DNA of 64,000 bases, taken from the NCBI GenBank assembly GCA_964016885.1, contig OZ024750.1:4774001-4838000 (forward strand), given 5' to 3'. A program made the translations under genes and the position numbers. This DNA comes from Eledone cirrhosa (lineage: Eukaryota). The notes under the pieces are model-generated. The model worked only from the letters and a program-made list of their open reading frames with translations. It had not been told where the DNA came from and did no database searches. Positions 37,935-51,977 of this stretch are shown piece after piece (the first letter of the stretch is position 1; each line of letters begins with the position of its first letter).

Positions 37935-39019
37935 GCACGCGTATGTACAAGAAAATGAAAGAGATACAAATCTACAACAGAAAACACAAAGGAGAGACAA
38001 GATAGGAAGTGGAATAAGAAAACTGTTTAATTCTTATCAATAAGCTTGTGTAGGTAGACACTACAACCACCCATTCAACGTAACTGGAATTAAGCAGTAC
38101 GTATCATATATGGGGAATGAATCAACAGTCTTTAGGTTAAAAGAAAAACAAAATGAAAAACTAAAGACAGGTTTAAACGAGTTGAAACTCGACGTGGAAG
38201 CTATATACAGAGGAAGGACAAAATAATTGACTGGAATCAAAGCAAATATTTCACATTTAGATTTATATGTGGTTTTTAATAAATCCCTTTAAATAATTTA
38301 GGAAGTTAAGTATATATAAACCACTACACCACATTACATGTCTACATCTATGTGTAAACGAGAGCTACATGTTTGCATATATAAATGTATAAACACACAC
38401 TAACTAATGCATCTATGTTATGGTTTTGTATTTAGAGTTGTGATTATATGCGCATATTCTAAATATTCATCAACCTCCTATATATATATATATATATATA
38501 TATAATGTGTGTGTGCCTTTTTTAATTGTGGTCACCTCCCCATACCCACAGGGAATCCATCCATAATTATATTACCCAGCTCCTTACAGCGCCCTTAACA
38601 ACCACAGCTACTGAAAATATCACCAAACTAGACTTTTCTGATGATTTCATACGAATGAAATAGTTCTAGTTCTGTAGAAGAGGTAAATTTATGGAAAAGA
38701 CAACCCCGTCGTTCTCAGAGGGAAATATATATTTTTATTTTTCCTGTTATTAATTAAACTTAGCCTCGGAACATGATGCAAACGGATTGGAAGGGGGGGG
38801 GGGGGCTTGGACCTGTCACCCCTCCCAGAATTGTCTTTACCTCTTAACCTTAACCTCACCCCGGTGTGTGTGTGTGTGTGTGGAGATGGAGGGGGCTGAA
38901 AAGTCCTTTGCAACATATTCGGGGTTAAGATTAGTGGTAGTACATGGGAAAAAAATATTTCCCACTGAAATCAGTGGGGGTGTCTTTATAATAATAACGT
39001 CATTTCTATAATATATATA

Positions 39020-39150
39020 ATGGTAAAGTGATGTGAGTCATCTGGAGCTTCACCTGTTTTTACTCACAGAATCATCAGGTCTGATGATGATACTATGAGT
39101 ACACAGGTGAAACTCCAGAGTAACATGACTCATCACACAGCCATAAACAA
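39020..39150 (+). mobile_element. (TA)n-flanked imperfect palindrome with hammerhead boxes (family Z)
   Basis: Inversion centre ATCATCAG-GT-CTGATGAT; GAAA-CTC-CA-GAG-TA at 39109-39122. Confidence 0.5.
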
Positions 39151-40674
39151 TATATATATATATAAACTCTTGTGTTACTTTTCTACATTCTACACACACA
39201 CACACACACACACGCGCGTATAGTGGATCCTCTGTCGGTTTCGAGTTTATTAACGGAACTGCCTACTGGTTATTTTAGCGCCTAAGTAACTGTATTCTAG
39301 AAATAGGTGTACTCTTAATCTAACCTTGGAGTAGGACCATCATGACAGTTAGGCTGACCGGCGAATTACAGGTACAGTTCACAGGACTTGCAGTTTTAGT
39401 CACAAGTAATTTTACTCACAAAGGTTCAGCCGACCCGAGGCTTATAGTAAGAGACTTGCCTAAGGTGCCATGAACTCGACACCTCATGATTGGGAAGCGG
39501 ACATTTTAACCTCTCAATCATGCTCGAGTATTCCTAACTAATACTTGACGTTGTTATTTATAGTTGACTTTGCCTTTCATCCTTACGGGGTCGATAAAAT
39601 AAAGTACCAGTAATGCACTGGATAATTGCTGGCCTTGTGCCTAAAGTAGAAACAGTTATTTATAGTTAATATAACTATAAATATGTATAATATAGATGTG
39701 TTGTGGCCTTAGGGTTTCGGCTTGTGTTAGGTTTAGGATTCCTTTGACCCTTGTGATGTGCGGCCGATTGTCGCATTTGGTGGTAAATTGATGGTCGTTT
39801 TTGTTTTTGCCCCCCCCCCCTTTTTTTTTCTTTCTCTCGCTCTGATCATATATTTTTTTTGTCTTTTTGAGGTTCCTAGCAATAGTTAATTGTATTTGTT
39901 ATATACGTTTATATTGTGTTTAAATCTAGAGTTTAGGGCTGGGTTAAGGTTGGAGTTGGGGGTAGATTCATGTTTAAAATAAAGTTGGGCTTTGGGTTAG
40001 GACAGAGCGATAAATAAGAGAATACGATGTAATACTGATCAATAAAATTTCAATATAATTTTATACAATTTCTATGTATTATTCCAATATAATACGATTC
40101 AAAATAAATACAATTTATGCATTTATGAGAAATATGGTCTATGGGTGCACATGCGCAAAAACATAAATGAATTAGATCGTCAACGATTGAAAAATTTATT
40201 TACACACACACAAACTCACATCTACACACACACAAACCTACACATTTACACACAAACAACCCTACACATACATACGCACAAACATAAATACACGTGTATA
40301 CGTGTTTTAATTGATTCTTTAAAAACAATTTTTCTTCTCCAATTCTCCTTTTTTTTTTTCCGGCAATATTCCAAAATCAATTTAAAAAAAAAAGATCTAC
40401 TGCAGAAAATGAAAACAGAAAAATCTCATGAACAACTTGAGAAATAATAATTAACAAACAGGTAGGAAGAAAAATCCAGCAGGTGTTTTTTTGTCCCACT
40501 TCACCCCATTTCTTCCTTCTTGGTAGAGGGAAGGGAAACGTTACTGTATAAATCTGAAAAATGTTATTGTCGTTAAAAAAAAAAAGAAAGCTTAGTCATT
40601 TTTTCTTTCTTTCAATGAAAATTAAACATCAATGGTAATAAATTAATTAGAAAGAATATAGAAGTGATACTAAC

Positions 40675-41106
40675 CTCGGTTGAAGGTAAATGAACAACAC
40701 CTGTGCTCCGACGTTTCTCGCGGAGTTTCCTTTTATCTTTAGGAGGTTTTCCTTTATGTAAATGGTTTGGTCGTGTACGTTTGTCCTTAGCCCTTGACGA
40801 TGCCGCCCGAGTAGGAGATTCGTGGTCAACTCCTCCAACCGTAGTAATTGTACCACTGCCAGTTGCTGGAGACCCCGTCATACGATTTACTCCGTCCAAA
40901 TCATCACCGACCGTACAAGAATAATGGTCTGTCCTGTCTCCGTTCTGATCCCTTAACGTGTCAACAGAATGATCACCGATTCCTTCTTTGTCTGCTTTGT
41001 TGGCTGGCATCCTTGGCCGGCTTGTACGTACCTTATTATACCTTCGGTTGCTTATGTCAATGTCCTCCCTGTCTAAGCTCTCCTGACTAACTGAGCTAGA
41101 CGCCAT
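40675..41106 (-). CDS. PAWR: PRKC apoptosis WT1 regulator (Par-4), first coding exon, 144 aa
   Basis: Ends KDKRKLREKRRSTGVVHLPSTE, matching the Par-4 signature KRKLREKRRSTGVV (NLS2/SAC region). ATG context ACAATCATGG; donor GAG/GTTAGT at 40674, phase 0. Confidence 0.9.
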
Positions 41107-41479
41107 GATTGTAAAAAAAAAAGTGTGTATGTATGTAATCAATGAATGTATATATATAAATATATGTGTGTAAATATATATATAAATATATATACACACA
41201 CTCACGCAATCTTAACCCTCCAGTTTCAAGTAATTATCACTCAATCACCGCGGAAATCATTAACAATTTGTGAGCTTGTTCTCAATATCCTTCGTTTTGT
41301 TGTGTTTTTAAACAACTGAAATATGTACCATAAAGTCCAGCTTTAATATGGTGTATAATAGTTGCAGTGTGTTTGTTTCTATGTTTTTGTTTCGGCGAGA
41401 GTGAGGAGAACTTAGCCAGCCTTCTTCCAGACACACTTCTAGTCTAACAAGACACCGACTAGAATTAAAAACCGACAAA

Positions 41480-42264
41480 TGCTTTCCACCTTATCTTTCT
41501 CTCGTTTGTCAATACTAATCCTTCCCTCTCTCTGTAGTCTCTTTCTCTCTTTCTGTATAGCCCCTCTCTCTCTTTGTATATTCCCTCTCCCTCCTTCTCA
41601 ATATAATCTCCCTTTCTATAAAGTCTCTCTCCCTCTCCTCATAGTCTTTATCCCTTTCTATATAGTCTCTCTATCTCCCTCTCTATATAATTTCCTTCTC
41701 TCTCTTTATAATCTCTATCTATCTATAGTCTTCCCCTCTCTACATAGTATCTCTCTGTTTCTATCCAGTCTCTCTTTTTCTCTCACTATCAGTCTTTATG
41801 TATTTCTCTATAATATATATATATATATATATCCTTCTATAGTATCTGTCTCTCTCTTTCTCTCCTCCCCTCTCTCTCTTCCTCTCCTCCCCTCTTTCTC
41901 TCTCTTCCTCTCATCCCCCTCTCTCTCTATGTCTCTGTCTCTCTGTTGACAGTTGAGAAACAGGTAAAGTAAGCAATAGCAACAAGGTAACAATACTCCC
42001 TCTTCCCTCTCTCCCTTCAAATTTTTTCTTCTTCCTAGTTCTCTCTCATACACACACACACTCTCTCTTTTTCACACACACACACATTCTCTTTTTCTGT
42101 TTTATTTTCTCTCTCACCTTCAACTCTGTTCGCTTTCTTATACACGCACTCTCTATCTATCTAAATATTTATATCTATATCTATCTATCTATCTCTCCCT
42201 ATCTCTTACAACCACACTACACAATATTACTGCTAACACGAAATAGCCGTTATATACCTACAGG

Positions 42265-42300
<36 letters not shown>

Positions 42301-42427
42301 ACACACACATACACACACACACACACACGCATACACACACAGCACACACACCCCTACAATCTCGCTATTCCCATTCATTGATCTAATCCTCTGCCGCTAC
42401 TCTTTCTATCCTTCCTCTCTCTTATCA

Positions 42428-42492
<65 letters not shown>

Positions 42493-42500
42493 TTTCTCTC
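41480..42500. repeat. CT-rich and (CA)n low-complexity tract upstream of PAWR (probable promoter-proximal region)
   Basis: Direct reading; begins ~370 bp 5' of the PAWR ATG. Promoter role inferred from position only. Confidence 0.7.
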
Positions 42501-43005
42501 ACCACGTAGCTATCTATTTATTTATTCATCTTTTATACTTTTCTATCCTCCTCCCCCCCCCTCTGTATGTGTGTAGGTTCAAAGTCACGACTATGTTTGA
42601 GTTAGTTAAAAACTTGTACATAGTCGTGTCTTTATCAACACATGTTTAAAAGAAATATATACCAACATATTCACAAACACACACCTATGTATATATTTAC
42701 ATACATACACATCCACATATATATATATATTTACATACATACATACACGTACATATATATATGTATACATACATACATACATATATAAATATATCTGTAT
42801 ATATATATATCATAATTATCATCGTTTAACGTTCATCTTCTAAATATATATATATATACACACACACATATATATATATATTTACACATCCACATATATA
42901 TGTATACATACACATATATATATATTTACATACATACATACACATACATATATATATATATGTATACATACATACATACATATATATATATGTATACATA
43001 CATAC

Positions 43006-43037
<32 letters not shown>

Positions 43038-43315
43038 GTATGTATGTATACATATATATGTATGTGTATGTATGTATGTAAATATATATATATATATGTG
43101 GATGTGTATGTATGTAAATATATACATAGGTGTGCGTTTGTGAATATGTTGGTATATATTTCTTTTAAACATGTGTTGATAAAGACACGACTATGTACAA
43201 GTTTTTAACTAACTCAAACATAGTCGTGACTTTGAACCTACACACATACAGAGGGGAGGGGGGGGAGGATAGAAAAGTATAAAAGATGAATAAATAAATA
43301 GATAGCTACGTGGTG
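42500..43315. repeat. ~300-bp near-perfect inverted duplication
   Basis: 42500-~42795 is the reverse complement of ~43010-43315 (CACCACGTAGCTATC... / ...GATAGCTACGTGGTG). Confidence 0.9.
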
Positions 43316-43350
43316 GATATATCATTATCATCCGTTTAACGTCCATCTTC

Positions 43351-43390
<40 letters not shown>

Positions 43391-43453
43391 TACATATATA
43401 TATACACACATTCACATATATATCTATACATACATACACACACATATATATAT

Positions 43454-43490
<37 letters not shown>

Positions 43491-43743
43491 TGAATATGCA
43501 TGCCAATTCTAACACATATATACCCTAGAAACGATCGTTAAATAATGAACTTTTTTTGTTTAATATAAGGAACTGTTTCATTGTTTTATTCATTATTTGT
43601 TTAATATTTTATCTTGACTCTGTATACCGTTTATCTTTCACCGAAAGTGATTTTTCATTACATCTCTTCTTTCCATGATATCCGGAATACATTGAGTTCT
43701 TCATACGGATTGGACACTACCGTAAACTCTTGGTAGATTTATC

Positions 43744-43789
<46 letters not shown>

Positions 43790-43862
43790 AAAATTGACCG
43801 GGAACAAAACAGAGAGGCAGTACGAACAAAGGTTTATTAGTTTCACGCTCTTGAGAGTGGGG

Positions 43863-43898
<36 letters not shown>

Positions 43899-44169
43899 TT
43901 GATGCTCTGAAATATACATTCATACACACACACATCGTATGATGGTGATAGCTATGAACGATTTGCCAGGGAGCCAGCGATGCCAGCCACACCAGACACT
44001 AGCTACGAGAACGCCATTCATTCACCAAACGACAAAGAAAAGAAAAGTAAGAAAGAAGGAAAGTGTTTCCATTGATAAGGAAGAATTGATTTTGGTTCCA
44101 CACCTACTTGAAAATCTGGCGGATAAGATTGTGGTAAATTATTGTTCGGTTCTGACAGAAGCATGACAG

Positions 44170-44224
44170 CAGCTTACACATACATATACATCTCTACATA
44201 TATATATATATACACACACATTAC

Positions 44225-44298
<74 letters not shown>

Positions 44299-44314
44299 TA
44301 CATATGTATATATG

Positions 44315-44396
<82 letters not shown>

Positions 44397-44586
44397 CATT
44401 ACATGCATATACATATACATCTCTACATATATATACACACACACATATTACATATATATATATACATAAATTACATGTGTGTATATATATATATATATAT
44501 AGATACATTACATGCATTTACATATACATCTCTACACACACATATATATATATATACATTACATGTATATACATATACATCTCTAC

Positions 44587-44626
<40 letters not shown>

Positions 44627-44682
44627 ATTACATGTATATACATACATTATATTGTATATACATACATACATACATACATTAC

Positions 44683-44726
<44 letters not shown>

Positions 44727-44798
44727 AAAATTGAACGGGAACAAAACAGAGGCAGTACGAACAAAGGTTTATTAGTTTCACGCTCTTGAGAGTGGGGT

Positions 44799-44850
<52 letters not shown>
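44170..44850. repeat. Compound (TA)n/(CA)n microsatellite with recurring CATTACAT/CATCTCTAC words
   Basis: Direct reading. Confidence 0.9.
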
Positions 44851-44854
<4 letters not shown>

Positions 44855-45968
44855 AATCTTTTATTCAAATGGATGGAAGAAGAAAATGGATATATAGTTA
44901 GATGGGCGGGGCCAGAGAGTAAGTGAGAGAGAGAATGAGAAAGAGTGTATGTGAGAGAGAGAGTGTGTGTGTGTGTGAGAATGAGAAAGAGTATGTATGT
45001 GTGAGAGAGTGTGTGTGTGTGTGTGAGAATGAGAAAGAGTATGTATGTGTGAGAGAGAGTGTGTGTGTGTGTGAGAATGAGAAAGAGTATGTATGTGTGA
45101 GAGAGAGTGTGTGTGTGAGAATGAGAAAGAGTATGTATGTGTGAGTATTTATTCACGTTTACAAATTCTACATGAAAATGTGTAAAACAGAAAATCTTAT
45201 TGGTGGTTGTTTCGTTATGTTTTGTTCCAGTTTTTTTATTATTTGGGTCTGTGACGGTTCCATTAACTCTGTAATCACCCTTAACTCTTTATGGAATCTT
45301 AGGGGCGCCCTCCTGGCAGAACTGAGCCCATCCCTCTCCAGATCTGAACAGCCGAGTACTTCCAGTGAGTCAGAAAGGGAGAGAGAGAGAGAGAGAGAGA
45401 CGGATGCACTTTATTTATCGACCCCGAAAGAATGAAAGGCAAAATTGACCTGGGCGTTATTTGAACTCTCAACACAGAACGTCGCAATGAATCCCTCACA
45501 GCAATCTATCCGATGTTCTGACAACTGTACCAAATCACATCGCCTACATATATAGCATGCAGTTAAAAAATAATACGTAATACCCAATGTCTGTGGGAGT
45601 TACAAGAATTTATTGGAAAATAACCATTACACGCTGGACGTTCACGACAGTTAGAATGATCCTTCAAATGTATGCATACATATATAGACGTACACGTACA
45701 CATACACAGATACACACACACACACACGTACACAGATACATACACACACGTACACAGATACATACACACACATACACAGATACACACACACACAGATACA
45801 GATACATACACACATATATATGATACATACACACTAGTATGTATATGTGCTTGTTTGTATATATATATATGTGTGTGTGTGTGTATACGTACACACATAA
45901 TTGAGCATGTGTGTGTGTACATTTATTTTCATTGTTTGGTGTGGATCTAATGTTTGTTAACATTTGAA

Positions 45969-46017
<49 letters not shown>

Positions 46018-46629
46018 GAGAGAGAGAGGGGGGAGAAAGAGAGAGAGAGAGAGAAATAGATAGGCAGATAGATAGACAGATAGCTAGGTTTAAAATGAGA
46101 CACATTGATGGAGAAAGAAAGATGAAGACTAAGAGAGAGAGACAGCTGGTGAGCAGCTTAACGTGATATGATTGAAAGAGGCACCTGAGTGATGTAGTAT
46201 AGATGTTGAATGGTGGAGTGGTCCCTCTCTCTCCCTCCCTTATTTATTCATTCTCTCTCTCTCTCTCTTTCTCTAAGACAAGCTCACCTGCCACCATGAC
46301 ATCAGTATTACGTCACCTGAGCAGCAACACGTGCTAATTAACATAGATCGTGACAGAGAACGAAAGTCGAGCATTTTTTTAAAAATGTACTTCAAACATT
46401 TCCTATATTTTATAGCAGCACGGAAGATGTTAAAATGAAGTGTGGTGGGGTGTGAGGTGTTGTTAATAGGTAGAGGGGTTGGGGAACTCATAAAAAGAAG
46501 CACATTCACACACACATATATATATGTGTGTGTGTGTGTGTGTGTAAGTGGTGGATGAGGTATGATGCTTAGGCTATAGCCAGCAGCCCCCAGAAAGTAA
46601 TTTAAAGGGCCTCCAATTTATTTCTTTTC

Positions 46630-46890
46630 TTCTTTCTCTTCTTCTTCGCCCAGTTATTCATGAAAGGGTCGTGGGGGGAAGAGTCCTCAAACACTCCTTC
46701 CAGCAGGTCCTGACAGAAGCAACCATCTCCAATTTATCCGGATGGATCCCCAAGTGTGACCAGCCAAGCACATGGATGTTATCCAACCATCTTGCTCTGG
46801 GTCTCCTGCCGGTTGGTTTTGCCCATAAAATCTGTCCAGCGATTCTTTCCTGAAACATTCTAACCACATGTCCGTAGTATCGGAACTGTG
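46630..46890 (-). mobile_element. RTE-type LINE 3' end
   Basis: HVVRMFQERIAGQILWAKPTGRRPRARWLDNI...W..CLRTLPP followed by a (GAA)-rich tail. Confidence 0.7.
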
Positions 46891-47674
46891 ATCTCTCAAT
46901 TCAGAGAAGTAGCGGATCTGAGTAAAATTTCATTTCAAAATATATTATTACATTATGAAGAAAAAGTTATGAGGAAACAGATACAAGGAGATGGGTAACT
47001 AAATTGTAATTATGCCTTAAGAGAATAGATTGTAATTCAAAGGAATTTGTTGGCTATTTCTAGCAAATCAAGTGATGACACAGGTGCTATCACATTTTAG
47101 TGTTTGACTTTGTTGGTCTTCTATCGGTTCCGACAAGTAGTGTTCCAGGTGTTCAATCAATGGAACAGCCTGCTCATAAGGTTAATGCGCATGTGGCTGA
47201 ACATTTCACAGACACGTGTAACTATAATGTAGTTCTCAGGGAGATTCGGAGGTCACAGTGCGTGACAAGGCTGGCCCATTGAATTACAAGTACAACACAT
47301 TTTTGACAGCTAAGTGGATTGGAGAAATGCAAAATAAAATGTCTTGCTTAAGGATACAACACTCCACCGGGAATCAAACTCGCTATGTTACGATCATGAG
47401 CCAAACCCATCTAACCTCTAAACCAGGCATCTTCAATATTCAGTGTAGGCTGCTGATTATATGTAGGACCATATGAAGGTTAGCTGAATGTTTCTTACCA
47501 AGGGAAACAACCAACATATAAGGCCAAGGTAGACAATAAAACGTTTGGCAGCTGAGCTTTATCTCTTTCTTACTAGATACCCGCCACCTTCCATTAAAGA
47601 CGTGTACACAATAGAATATATATATACTTAAACACACACATTCATATGTTAAGGTTAGAGGTGGAAAAGTTTAA

Positions 47675-48270
47675 GTGGTGTGGCATGGCTGTGAGATATT
47701 GGAGAGAAATGTAGAGGATATACAGAGATTGGAGAGAAATGTAGAGGATATAGAGAGATTGGAGAGAAATGTACAGGATATACAGAGATTGGAGAGAAAT
47801 GTACAGGATATACAGAGATTGGAGAGAAATGTAGAGGATATACAGAGATTGGAGAGAAATGTAGAGGATATACAGAGATTGGAGAGAAATGTAGAGGATA
47901 TACAGAGATTGGAGAGAAATGTAGAGGATATACAGAGATTGGAGAGAAATGTAGAGGATATACAGAGATTGGAAGTAAATGTAGAGGATATACAGAGATT
48001 GGAAGTAAATGTAGAGGATATACAGAGATTGGAAGTAAATGTAGAGGATATACAGAGATTGGAAGTAAATGTAGAGGATATACAGAGATTGGAAGTAAAT
48101 GTAGAGGATATACAGAGATTGGAGAGAAATGTAGAGGATATACAGAGATTGGAGAGAAATGTAGAGGATATACAGAGATTGGAGAGAAATGTAGAGGATA
48201 TACAGAGATTGGAGAGAAATGAAGCAAGCAAGCTCCACTGGATATGTAATGTTAGCATGCATGAATATGG
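47675..48270 (+). repeat. 30-bp minisatellite (~17 units, VEDIQRLERN) inside an RTE LINE fragment
   Basis: Unit GTAGAGGATATACAGAGATTGGAGAGAAAT; flanks HGCE and EASKLHWICNVS match the RTE sequence at 5455-5830 and 48800-49156. Confidence 0.9.
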
Positions 48271-48289
48271 TACATTGTAGATGTTGTAT

Positions 48290-48680
48290 GTAAAGTGTGT
48301 GACTTATCTACTGGACTTATAAAACCTTGATTTAAAATACATGGTACATTTTAAATGTCTCAGTAAAATGGGGTGTGATTTATCTACTGGACCAATAAAA
48401 CCTCAATTCAAACTATATGGTACATTGTAAATGTGTGGAAAATGGAGGTGTGACTTATCTACTGGACCAATAAAACCTCAATTCAAACTATATGGTACAT
48501 TGTAAATGTGTGTAAAATGGAGGTGTGACTTATCTACTGGACCAATAAAACCTCAATTCAAACTATATGGTACATTGTAAATGTGTGTAAAATGGAGGTG
48601 TGACTTATCTACTGGACTTACAAATCCTCAATTCAAACTATATGGTACATTGTAAATGTTGTATGTAAAATGGAGGTGCA
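48290..48680. repeat. 75-bp minisatellite, ~5 units
   Basis: TGACTTATCTACTGGAC at 48451, 48526, 48601, plus degenerate upstream copies. Confidence 0.9.
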
Positions 48681-48799
48681 CCCAGTGGCATGTTAGGTGG
48701 TGTGAAGCTAACCCAGCTGTATCCATGTACACAATAGTTAATGGGCTTCAAATAAATATTTTTTTGGTACCATAAATAATATATTATACCTAGATTATT

Positions 48800-49175
48800 A
48801 TACGCAGACTAGAGAGGAACGAAGCTTGCATGCTCCGCTGGATGTGCAATAGTAATATACGTGAACGGCAAAGCATAAACGAACTAAGGAAAAAATTAGA
48901 AATAAGAGGGATCAGATGTTGTTTACTCGAGAGAAGGCTACGTTGGTACGGTCACGTGATGCGCATGAAAGACGACAGCTGTATAACAAAGTGCAGGGCA
49001 ATAAAGATAGACGGTAGCCACGGAGTAGGCAGACCCAGAAAAACATGGGACGAGCTGATAAATTCCGACCTCACACGCTTACACCTCTCCAAGACAATGT
49101 CACTGGACCGAGACCTTTGGCGGTACTCAGTAATAGAGAAGACCCGCCTTACCTAAATACAAAGTAAAAACCTAC
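48800..49175 (+). mobile_element. RTE-clade LINE 3' end, ORF still open (5'-truncated)
   Basis: RLERNEACMLRWMC...ERRLRWYGHVMRM...GRPRKTWDELI...DRDLWR. Confidence 0.9.
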
Positions 49176-50496
49176 TACAGTCAGTAGGCATCTCTATCAA
49201 AACACACCCCCGTCCCACCACCTCCACCCCACCCACACCGCCCCTTTCAATGTAAAGTTATGTTGGTCCCACAACATCCAGGCCGAAACAAATGAGATCG
49301 TGTAGGTGTCACAACAAAAAACACACAGTCCACGCTGTAAATGTGGCCGTGTAGGCAACATGGTAAAAACCTCCCAGCCCCACACTGTAAATGTGGTTGG
49401 TGTTAGGAAGGGCATCCAGCTGTAGAAAACCCGCCAGACAGTCCACGCTGTAATGTGGCCGTGTAGGCAACACGGTAAAAACCTCCCAGCCCCACACTGT
49501 AAATGTGGTTGGTGTTAGGAAGGGCATCCAACTGTAGAAAACCCGCCAGACAGTCCTATGCGAGCAAGACAACCACTCTTGCCTCAAGTGGGAAAACCCC
49601 CGTCCAAACCCATGCAAGCGTGGAACACGGACGCTAAACCTGATGATGATGATGATGATGAGATGAATCTTCATAAAGAGGGAAGGTGAGATTAAAAAAA
49701 AAGAGCCAATGGCCAATATATGTGCCTTTTTCACTAGTAAATTAATATCAGTTTGACACAAGAGCCCTGATGATATTTTCTGTAAACTTAATCCACCCCT
49801 AGGTGTAATTTATATACTGGCCTAGTTTATATATAAGAACATCCGGCTTTTAAAATAACAATGAGCTAGCATGGCAGAACAAAGAGGGCTGTATGTTACA
49901 TTAAAGCTGTTGTTTTTGTTGTGTAAAATGTTTGTCATGCTAGAAAGGGGATGTAAGAGTATGAGAGAGAGAAGGGGGAAAGGTATAGAGGGAGAGATGG
50001 TGGTGGTGGAGCACCAGCTCCAACAATTCTTGCATTTAATTCAGATACAGCTGGCATGGAGGAACACTTCTTATGAAGTCGGTAGATGGTCTGCCAGAAT
50101 ACTTTATTTGCTGACCCCAAAATCCTCTCATGTCTTAAACTTGGACACCTTCACTAAATCAGTACAGTGAAGACCAAGACTGTCATCTTCTCAAGAAAGC
50201 CTATGAAGAAGTTTAAGTATCTCAGGGCCCGCGTTCACGAGTGATGGAAGACTGAAGAGGTTGAATTAAATGAAAGAATTACTGGAACCTATTTATATGT
50301 TAACTAACCATCATATCTACATATCTAGTGGTTGTATCAATAACTACTGACAGCAACCTGTCCTCCAGCAAAAGAGCTCTACTGAGATGGTGGCAACAAT
50401 ACTGAAATATTTTTTCACTCTCATATCTTTATAGAAAAGAGATAGTAACAGTGTGGGTGAGGGTGTGAAAGAGAGAGAATGAGAGACAGACAGAAT

Positions 50497-50534
<38 letters not shown>

Positions 50535-51412
50535 CTTGGTAGCTGTTTCTAATTAAACTGAGGAATTTCCATGTGGTTAGCTAGTAATAGTATCTAGTAT
50601 CTATTTTTTAGTTACCTTAAAGGTATTTTAAGTCTGACTGAAACTTCCTGTATTATATATAGAATTACAGGAAAATTTACTAAGAAATGGGATCTGTATC
50701 AGTTTCTAATGAAATTCAATATATTGATGTGTATATTTTATAGTCTTTAACTAACACTTAAATTTCCTTCAATTGACATTATTAGAAAGAGAGAGATGTA
50801 AGTGGCCTAGTGGTAAGGGTGTTGGACTTACGATCATAATGTCATGGGTTTGATTCCTGGGCTGAGTGGTCTGTTGTGTTCTTGAGCAAAACACTTCATT
50901 TCACGTTGCTCCAGTATACTCAGCTGAAAATGAGTACTAGCCATAGCAGGGGGTTTAACACTGTGATGGACTGGCATCTTGTCCAGGGGGGAGTCTTGTA
51001 TTCTCAGTCACTTCATGCCATGAAACTGGGATAAGCATCGGCCTAACAAGCCTTAAATAACTTAAGAAAGACTTTAGACTAGAGATAGAGAGATAGAGTC
51101 CATCTTTATCTGTTTTATGACTATATTTCTAATGAAATACAATGTCTGTTTCATCACTGTTGGTTTACCTTACAACACAGGTAGAATATCACACATTTGA
51201 CTAGAAAGAAAAGGTTTAAACTGAAATATAAGTGTTTTCAGTGCAGGGAAAGTAGACGTTAAACAATGATGATGATGATGATCATAATGATGTAATGAGA
51301 GATGAGAGAGACGGTATTATTTTACAGTTATATGCTGAATAACCAATTCAAAGGTTAAATAGATTGAGTGCTAAAATTAGTATCACCTGTAATAGTTATT
51401 ACCCAACAACCT

Positions 51413-51504
<92 letters not shown>

Positions 51505-51920
51505 CAGCGGGTTCATATGTAACCTGGCCACTGAAATGTGCATAGCGTTTGAAGTAATAAAATTTAAAATAATACAACCTATTCAGCCTCCTGTCGTTTT
51601 ACCCTATAATATATCATCATCATCACCGTTTAACGTCCATCTTCCACGCTAGCATGGGTTAGACAGGAGTTGTCCCACTTGAGGCAACTTAGTCGGGTGA
51701 CAGTGTCTCGCTCGTATAGGACTATCTGGCAGGTTTTCTACAGCTGGATGCCCTTCCTAACACCAACCACATTTACAGTGTGGACTGGGAGGTTTTTACC
51801 GTATTACCTACACAGCCACATTACAGCATGGACTGTGTGTTTTGTTGTTGTGACCTACACGATATATCATCATCATCATCATCATCATTTTACGTTTGCT
51901 TTTCCCTGCTTGCAAGGGTG

Positions 51921-51977
<57 letters not shown>

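Noticed and set aside
40612-40674. ORF-track extension of PAWR exon 1 (VSITSIFF...) and upstream extension to 41205
   Set aside because: Read-through past the GTTAGT donor; the upstream part is TA-rich 5' UTR before the good-context ATG at 41106
41479-41949. 156-aa hydrophobic L/S-rich ORF resembling a membrane protein
   Set aside because: Translation of a CT-rich low-complexity tract
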